Assembly: GCA_965277715.1 (NCBI GenBank)
Contig: OZ255836.1
Location: forward strand, 1,632,001 to 1,696,000
Reading direction: 5' to 3'
DNA: 64,000 nt
Source: Gammaproteobacteria bacterium
GTDB taxonomy: Bacteria; Pseudomonadota; Gammaproteobacteria; JBCCGL01
Translations under genes and position numbers: made by a program
Part shown: one piece after another, positions 57,291-64,000 of the stretch
How positions within the stretch are numbered: the first letter of the stretch is position 1
How the letters are laid out: each line of letters opens with the position of its first letter
The notes under the pieces: generated by a model
Databases searched by the model: none
What the model was told of the DNA's origin: nothing
What the model saw: only the letters and a program-made list of their open reading frames with translations

Positions 57291-58577
57291 ATGGCGATAC
57301 CGCCCTGGTTGGCTTACCCTGAGAGCCAGCCCAACCACCAAAAACGTGCGGTGATTATTGGGGCCGGGCTGGCAGGGTGCTCAGTCGCAACAGCACTGGC
57401 CAGGCGGGATTGGGATGTTACCTTAGTAGAGCGCCACCCGGCATTGTCAATGGAGGCTTCTGGCAACCCCGGTGGTGTGGTAATGCCAACGCTGTCACGC
57501 GATAACACCCCCGGCAGCCAGTTTTCCCAAGAGGCTTTTGCCTATGCATTGCAACATTTCCAACAACTCAAAGCGATTACCGGTTCGCATTTTTTTCACT
57601 CGACCGGCGTTATGCAACTCACTCAACACGCTGCCCAGCTCAAGGCGGCTATTGATCTATCTGACACAGCGCTGCCTGCGTATTTACTCACTGCGGCACA
57701 AGCCGCAACGGTCAGTGGTATCGATACCTCCCTCTCTGGCACTAACAACTCATTTGAGGATACAGTTGCACTGCACTACCCAACTGCGGGCTGGGTTAAC
57801 CCAAACACATTGTGCTCAGCCCAGATTAACGCGCAACACCCACGCATCAAGGTACTGCTCAATCGTAAAGTAGTTCAACTACGACGGAACCCATCCACAT
57901 GGTCGATCATCGATCAGCACGGTGAACTGACCGACGCACCCGTGGTGGTACTCGCTAATGGCACCACCGCCAATCAATTCCAACAAACCACCCCCATCGA
58001 ATTGGTGCCTGTTCGCGGTCAAATCAGTTATATAGCGGCGCACGCCTTCCCGACACCGATAAAAATGGTGGTGTGCAGTAGGCAAGGGTATTTGATTCCA
58101 GATAAACCGGGCACCGTGATCGTTGGTGCCAGCTATGAACGCACAACACTGCATACACAAGTCACCCAACAGGGGCACCACGACAACCTGCACCGACTGC
58201 ACACCCTTTGCCCACTCGCCCAATGCCCACTCACCAGGCATGACGAGGCGATAGTAACCGGTGGCAGGGCTGCCATCCGTGTCGGCACACCAGATCGTTT
58301 ACCACTGCTTGGAGGCATACCGGATTTCCCTGCTTACAGAGAAACCTATAATGACTTGCACCACGGGCGCGCAGCAAAAAATTACCCACTGCCCTGTTAT
58401 CACCCCGGTTTATTCATTGCGGCGGGGTTTGGTTCACACGGCATTACCCATTGCCCCTATACGGGGGAGTTGTTATCGATGTTGATTAATGGCGAGACAA
58501 ATAGCATAGACCGGGAGCGACTGGCGTTGCTCCATCCAGGTCGTTTTTTGGCCAGGAAACTGAGAAAGACTCAATAG
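57291..58577 (+). CDS. mnmC: Stand-alone FAD-dependent cmnm5s2U34 oxidoreductase (MnmC C-terminal domain)
   Basis: IIGAGLAG, EASGN..G, VRGQIS, DRLPLLG, LHPGRF..RKL. Confidence 0.8.
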   Translation: MAIPPWLAYPESQPNHQKRAVIIGAGLAGCSVATALARRDWDVTLVERHPALSMEASGNPGGVVMPTLSRDNTPGSQFSQEAFAYALQHFQQLKAITGSHFFHSTGVMQLTQHAAQLKAAIDLSDTALPAYLLTAAQAATVSGIDTSLSGTNNSFEDTVALHYPTAGWVNPNTLCSAQINAQHPRIKVLLNRKVVQLRRNPSTWSIIDQHGELTDAPVVVLANGTTANQFQQTTPIELVPVRGQISYIAAHAFPTPIKMVVCSRQGYLIPDKPGTVIVGASYERTTLHTQVTQQGHHDNLHRLHTLCPLAQCPLTRHDEAIVTGGRAAIRVGTPDRLPLLGGIPDFPAYRETYNDLHHGRAAKNYPLPCYHPGLFIAAGFGSHGITHCPYTGELLSMLINGETNSIDRERLALLHPGRFLARKLRKTQ

Positions 58578-58611
58578 GGAGGTCGCAATAGAGACGTAAT
58601 TTATCGCCTCT

Positions 58612-59460
58612 CTATTGCTTTAACAGAGAGCTGTGTACCCAACCGCGCAGCGGCTCAGCGCCCATCACATTGACCTCAACCCATTTACCCTGTGAAGAGG
58701 AAACCAACACAAGCTGACCATTGTCCAAACGACTTATCACATCGACCGATGTGCTCGGCCCGGCCCGCAGGTTGACCCCGGATCCTTTGATATACCGGCG
58801 TATATCGGCAATATCTGACTCTAGTGAGGTCAACTCTGTTTTTGCCGGTTGATACCCCTGCAATGCAGCCCGGTTAAGCCAATTAAACGCCGCTATGGGG
58901 TCCTGCTCCAGCACGTCTCCCTCAGCATATAATTCGCCGAGCCGGTGTTGTGCATGGGCTAGACCTTGCTTAGCGGCTTTCTGATACCAGTCAGCCGCTT
59001 GCTGCATATCCCTCTCAATGCCGTAACCGTTTTCATACATTGCACCCAAATTGTATTGCGCGCTGGCATCCCCTTTATCTGCCGCCATTTGATACCAGTG
59101 CACAGCATCCTGGTAGCTCTGCGCTACCCCTTCACCTTCACGGTACATATTGCCCAAATTAAACGCCGCACTGATAATCCCCTGTTCGGCAGCAACGGCA
59201 TACCACTTCACCGCTGTTTCGTCATTTTCCTCGACACCATTACCTGCGTCATACATCGCCGCAAGGTTATATTGTGCGTGAGGCTCGCCCCGCTCCGCCA
59301 GGCGCTGCAGAATTTCCAACGCATTGGTGTAATTGCCTTCATTGTAGGCATTCAGTGCCGTTTCTATCGTTTCTGCATGGGTGTAGGGTGCAAGCGACAG
59401 CCCCGCCATCAATACAACGGGAAGTGTCAATTTAATATAACAACGCAATTTCATATTCAA
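58612..59460 (-). CDS. Exported Sel1-repeat protein with C-terminal SH3b domain
   Basis: Signal peptide; AQYNLG.MY..G.G repeats; VNLRAGPST...GWV. Confidence 0.88.
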   Translation of the reverse strand: MNMKLRCYIKLTLPVVLMAGLSLAPYTHAETIETALNAYNEGNYTNALEILQRLAERGEPHAQYNLAAMYDAGNGVEENDETAVKWYAVAAEQGIISAAFNLGNMYREGEGVAQSYQDAVHWYQMAADKGDASAQYNLGAMYENGYGIERDMQQAADWYQKAAKQGLAHAQHRLGELYAEGDVLEQDPIAAFNWLNRAALQGYQPAKTELTSLESDIADIRRYIKGSGVNLRAGPSTSVDVISRLDNGQLVLVSSSQGKWVEVNVMGAEPLRGWVHSSLLKQ

Positions 59461-59691
59461 ATCCCTCGTCAGTGAATGCTACGATTAAAGTAGCAAGCTA
59501 TTTCGATGCCAACCAATGCTTTATATCTGAGGAAAAGGTTGCCAATAGCCTTTCACAGGCCAATTGATCCCCCTAAAACACCCAGGAAAAACGCCAGTTT
59601 TAACAGAGTATAGAATAATTACACGTTTTGCAAAAATCTTTTCATTAAAAACAGGGGCATACAGTATTAAGATAATGTCAAATCTAGATTT

Positions 59692-62142
59692 TCAACATTT
59701 GATACGGTGGTTCTTGGGGTCGTGCATCGGTGCAAGGCTGGCCATTGCCGAAAAACGTTCACAAGCCACTTCGATTTCATAGCGGCCAGAATGGATAAAA
59801 TCGGGTGTACAGATGCCTTCGCTATTGGTCACATAGGCCAGGCCCATCGCCGCACCGAGAAAGTGGCCGTAGTTACCGGAGGTCAAATACCCCACACACA
59901 CGCCATCACGCAGCACGGGCTCATTGTGTAGCAGCAATGGCTCCGGGTCTTCCAATTTAAACTGCACAAGCCTGCGGTCAACACCTGTTTCCCTTTGTTT
60001 TTCAATCACATCCCGGCCGATAAAGGGGATATCAGTATTCAGCTTGCAGGCAAATGCCAGGCCGGCGTGAATGGGGGTATCGCCATCGTTAATATCGTGG
60101 CCAAAGTGTCGATAGGCCTTCTCCAGCCTAAGTGAATCCATCGCATGCATACCTATCGGTTGCATACCAAACTCAACCCCAGCCTGCCAGACAATATCGA
60201 ACACATGCCGCGCCTGCTCAGCGGGAATAACCAACTCCCAGCCCAGCTCCCCCACATAGGTGATCCGGCAGGCAAGGACAACGGCACAACCAATTTCAAT
60301 TTCGCGGGCGGTGGCAAAGGGAAATCCCTGTAAAGACAGATCCGCCTGTGCCACTTTACTCAGCACACTGCGCGCATTAGGTCCCATCACACCGAGAATC
60401 GCATAGGCGCTGGTCACCTCCTTAACAAAACAGTGCGCCTGCTCGGGAATGTGTTTGCTCAGCCAATCGTACTCCCTGTTACTGGTGGCCGCCGAGGTGG
60501 TCACCCGGTAGCTGTTTTCCGCCAGGCGCGTCACCGTGAGGTCGGCCTCGATACCACCGCGTTCATTGAGCCATTGGGTGTAAACCATTTTTCCCGCGTC
60601 GACATCGACATTATTGGCACACACGTTCTGTAACACAGCGCAGGCATCGCGGCCATCGACATCGAATTTAGCGAACGATGACAATTCGATCAGTCCGACG
60701 TTATTACGCACGGCATTGTGTTCAGCCGCCGAATACTCAAACCAGTTTTGTCGCTTAAAGCTATAAACGTATTTCGGTTCCACGCCGTCCGGTGCGAACC
60801 AGTTGGGTCGCTCCCAACCCGCTACTTCACCAAAACAGGCATTCAACCCCTGCCATTTTTCGTACAGTGGCAAATGCCGCACATTGCGGCTGGTTTCATA
60901 CTGGCGGTAGGGGTAGTGGTGGGCGTACAGCAAACCGAGCGATTCTGATACGCGTTCGCGCAGATAGCAGTCAGTCCCCTGAAACGGGTAGTTTCGACGC
61001 AGGTCATTAACCCACATCTCGTGTGGTGGGTAGCCTTGCATAATCCACTGCGCCAGGGCTTTCATCACACCGCCCGACTGAATACCGATCGAGTTAAACC
61101 CGCAGGCGACAAAGAAATTTTTCAGGTTTGGCGCCTCTCCCATATGAAACTGATCATCGTGGGTGAAACTTTCCGGGCCATTAAAGAAACTGCGGATACC
61201 ACTCTCACCGATTATCGGCACACGGTGCATGGCACCTTCGAGCACAGGCATTAGATGATCCCAATCCTCGGGCAGGGTCTCAAAACTGTGGTCATCGGCA
61301 ATACCGCTCATTCCCCAGGGTTTTGCATGGGGCTCAAATGCGCCAATCAACAACGAACCGGCATCCTCACGATAATAGGCGCTGGCGCCCTGTTCACGCA
61401 ATGTGGGTAGGGTTGTGGGTAGATCATCCATTTTTTCAGTGTGCACATAGAAGTGTTCGCACGCGTGTAAAGGAATATTCACCCCTGCCATACGGCCAAT
61501 TTCACGCCCCCACATGCCACCACAGTTGACGACAAAATCAGCCTGAATACTGCCCTGGTCAGTCTCGACTCCGGTTACCTTGCCATTTGCCTGGTGAATG
61601 GCAGTGACTTTGATCCCTTCAAAAATCTGCGCGCCGAGATTGCGGGCGCCACGCGCCAGTGCATTGGTGACATCCACTGGGCTGGCCTGGCCTTCAGTCG
61701 GTGTATAAAAGCCACCATAGAGATCGTCGCTGTTAATATAGGGCCATAGATCTTTTATTTCCTGTGGGGTGACCAAATGGATATCCAGGCCCCAGGCTTT
61801 ACCCGTGGAAACGGTGCGCTTTATTTCCTCAAACTTTTCCGCATCGGCGGCCACGCCAATACCACCATTTTGCCGATACCCGGTATCCTGCCCAGTCTCT
61901 TCACGCAACAGGGTTTTGTATAGTTCAGTGGTGTACAGCGCCAGCTGGGTCATCTCATAAGTGGTGCGAATTTGCCCTATCAGGCCCGCCGCATGCCAAG
62001 TGGTACCACAGGTGAGTTGCTTGCGCTCCAGCAAAACCACATCGGTTGCGCCCGCTTTGGCCAAATGGTAAGCGAGGCTGGTGCCGATAACGCCCCCGCC
62101 AATAATAACAATGTGCGCCTTTTGCGGGATTGAGTTTGCCAT
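59692..62142 (-). CDS. GcvT-family FAD dehydrogenase (dimethylglycine/sarcosine dehydrogenase-like)
   Basis: IGGGVIG, GTTWHAAG, NGPESFT, GWERPNWF, YVGELGWEL, SLRLEK. Confidence 0.9.
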   Translation of the reverse strand: MANSIPQKAHIVIIGGGVIGTSLAYHLAKAGATDVVLLERKQLTCGTTWHAAGLIGQIRTTYEMTQLALYTTELYKTLLREETGQDTGYRQNGGIGVAADAEKFEEIKRTVSTGKAWGLDIHLVTPQEIKDLWPYINSDDLYGGFYTPTEGQASPVDVTNALARGARNLGAQIFEGIKVTAIHQANGKVTGVETDQGSIQADFVVNCGGMWGREIGRMAGVNIPLHACEHFYVHTEKMDDLPTTLPTLREQGASAYYREDAGSLLIGAFEPHAKPWGMSGIADDHSFETLPEDWDHLMPVLEGAMHRVPIIGESGIRSFFNGPESFTHDDQFHMGEAPNLKNFFVACGFNSIGIQSGGVMKALAQWIMQGYPPHEMWVNDLRRNYPFQGTDCYLRERVSESLGLLYAHHYPYRQYETSRNVRHLPLYEKWQGLNACFGEVAGWERPNWFAPDGVEPKYVYSFKRQNWFEYSAAEHNAVRNNVGLIELSSFAKFDVDGRDACAVLQNVCANNVDVDAGKMVYTQWLNERGGIEADLTVTRLAENSYRVTTSAATSNREYDWLSKHIPEQAHCFVKEVTSAYAILGVMGPNARSVLSKVAQADLSLQGFPFATAREIEIGCAVVLACRITYVGELGWELVIPAEQARHVFDIVWQAGVEFGMQPIGMHAMDSLRLEKAYRHFGHDINDGDTPIHAGLAFACKLNTDIPFIGRDVIEKQRETGVDRRLVQFKLEDPEPLLLHNEPVLRDGVCVGYLTSGNYGHFLGAAMGLAYVTNSEGICTPDFIHSGRYEIEVACERFSAMASLAPMHDPKNHRIKC

Positions 62143-62199
62143 TGGAGTACCTCTTAATTGTTTGCCGGATTGTGTACTGATTGATTAGAGGCGGAATAG

Positions 62200-62233
62200 T
62201 AAAGGGTAAAGGGTGAGGGGTGAAGGGTGAAAG
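62200..62233. repeat. Short heptamer tandem repeat (AAGGGTG-like, 4-5 copies)
   Basis: TAAAGGG TAAAGGG TGAGGGG TGAAGGG TGAAAG in a divergent promoter region. Confidence 0.6.
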
Positions 62234-62274
62234 TGGCTATATGGTCGGCTAAATTCAGGTTAGCATAGTGGCTA

Positions 62275-63093
62275 ATGCCTACATTAGAACAAGCTACCCG
62301 CCCCTCACTGTGTGTCACTGTTGCTGCGGCAACATATCGACAAACAGCCGCCGCACAACACCTTGCCACCTGTTTACAACTTGACCTGGTTGCGCAGGGT
62401 GAAGCGCCGCCCGGTTATCTACTGTTACTGTGCGAAGCGCGGCTGGCATTACACAGCACGCTATCCCCCCCGCTCCACGGCCCGGTGTTTGTCGATTTTG
62501 TAACAGGAAAATCGGCACACAGGCGCGCATTTGGTGGTGGCCGGGGGCAACACATGGCCAGGGCGGTGGGCATCAAACCGGGTTACAACCCCACGATAAT
62601 CGACGCAACGGCAGGGCTGGGGCGTGATGCGTTTGTGTTAGCGACACTGGGTTGTAAAGTCATAATGATCGAACAATCCCCTGTAGTCGCCCGCTTGCTC
62701 GAAGATGGCCTGTCGCGTGCACACACTACAGAGGAGACACACGCTATTGCATTACGTATGCAATTAAATTGTGGTAATGCCCTTGAGGTTATTCCGGTAC
62801 TGGTAGACAGATCGACACGGACAGATAGGCCAAAACCCGATGTAATCTACCTCGACCCGATGTACCCACCCCGTGATAAATCCGCTGCGGTTAAAAAGGA
62901 GATGCAGATGTTGCAGATGTTGGCTGAAAAAAACACCGATAACGCTGAACTACTGGCTTGCGCACTGCAACACGCGGGCAAGCGCGTTGTGGTCAAACGC
63001 CCGCGTACCGCCGCCGCTCTTGCGGGCAAAACACCACACGCCTGTATTAAAAACACTAATACCCGTTATGATATTTATATCCCAATGGGGTAG
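62275..63093 (+). CDS. rsmJ: 16S rRNA m2G1516 methyltransferase
   Basis: DATAGLGRDAFVLA, YLDPMYP, VKKEM, RVVVKRP, RYDIY. Confidence 0.92.
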   Translation: MPTLEQATRPSLCVTVAAATYRQTAAAQHLATCLQLDLVAQGEAPPGYLLLLCEARLALHSTLSPPLHGPVFVDFVTGKSAHRRAFGGGRGQHMARAVGIKPGYNPTIIDATAGLGRDAFVLATLGCKVIMIEQSPVVARLLEDGLSRAHTTEETHAIALRMQLNCGNALEVIPVLVDRSTRTDRPKPDVIYLDPMYPPRDKSAAVKKEMQMLQMLAEKNTDNAELLACALQHAGKRVVVKRPRTAAALAGKTPHACIKNTNTRYDIYIPMG

Positions 63094-63124
63094 TACGCTG
63101 GAGTAGCGCACTGGGGGCTAAAAA

Positions 63125-63607
63125 TTAATCGCGGAAATTTTGGTATTGTAACGGCTGACCCATATCCTCTGCCTTTAAACGGGCCATCACTTGCTGGAGG
63201 TCATCGCGTTTTTTACCGGTCACCCGCACCTGTTGATCCTGAATCGCCGCCTGTACCTTGAGTTTACTGTCTTTAATCAGGCGGATAATTTTTCTGGCGA
63301 TGTCCTTGTCGATGCCCTCACACACAGTCATTAACTGACGGGCACGCTGGCCAACCTCTTCAATCCTGCCCTCGTCCAGGCACGCCACATCGATACCGCG
63401 CTTGCTCATTTTTTGATACAGAATGGGCTGCATCTGCTCCACCTGAAACGTACTTTGCGCGTGCAGCGTTAACAACTGACCGGCAACCTCAACCCTGGAG
63501 TCACTGCCTTTAAAATCATAGCGGGTAGCAATCTCCCGGTTGGCCTGATCGACGGCATTGCGCAGCTCGTGGCTATCAACTTCAGAAACGATATCAAAGG
63601 ATGGCAT
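63125..63607 (-). CDS. yajQ: YajQ family cyclic di-GMP-binding protein
   Basis: MPSFDIVSE...VRVTGKKRDDLQ...NFRD. Confidence 0.96.
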   Translation of the reverse strand: MPSFDIVSEVDSHELRNAVDQANREIATRYDFKGSDSRVEVAGQLLTLHAQSTFQVEQMQPILYQKMSKRGIDVACLDEGRIEEVGQRARQLMTVCEGIDKDIARKIIRLIKDSKLKVQAAIQDQQVRVTGKKRDDLQQVMARLKAEDMGQPLQYQNFRD

Positions 63608-64000
63608 AGAATATATCCTGGAGCGATAAAACCCATTCAGAAGGTGTTGGAAAACTACTGTGTATAAGTGACAAGCGTGAATCTTTACGCTGCCAGTGTT
63701 TCTATCATATCGCCATTTGCGCTGCGACAGTGTAACGCCCTGTTCCAATACCGCTTTTTTCGGTCATCGCGGATCTCCATTGGCAAAACGCACCGCCAGT
63801 ATAGAGGATCACCGATGGTATTAATAGAAACGCTATTTTAAGGGCGTCTATTGTTTCCATTTTTCCTGTCAGATAAATTCTAGCTCTATCACTGGCATAA
63901 AATTATCCTGTAAATAGATCGGTCGTTTATAATCCCTACACGGCATTTCCCCATACCTGCCGGACGAAAAAATGGTTCCCAAGAATGGCAATGTTGTAGT

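Overview
Chromosomal window of a gammaproteobacterium, probably marine and possibly animal-associated. Housekeeping blocks flank an accessory zone at about 10-40.5 kb. The left block has creatinase, sbcB, phaB, ampE/ampD and rep. The right block has tRNA Gly-Cys-Leu, pgsA, uvrC, recJ, dnaK-grpE-hrcA, ispG, mnmC-like, a GcvT-family dehydrogenase, rsmJ and yajQ. The accessory zone holds a decayed ccdAB, a six-CHRD lipoprotein, IS481/IS3 fragments, a P2-like tail remnant with BrnTA and a WYL-containing gpS, a ~2800-aa LamG/FG-GAP protein, and a 14.4-kb tyrosine-integrase island (26060-40491). The island carries a C-M-R NotI-family restriction system, DUF3892 plus an OLD-like ATPase, IS21 and IS4. 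The most striking observation is that the island splits the host tRNA-Leu(TAA) in its anticodon arm without rebuilding it. Instead it supplies a complete, sequence-divergent tRNA-Leu(TAA) inside its own att arm, 11 bp downstream of the crossover core. All family calls are by motif recognition; no database searches were run.
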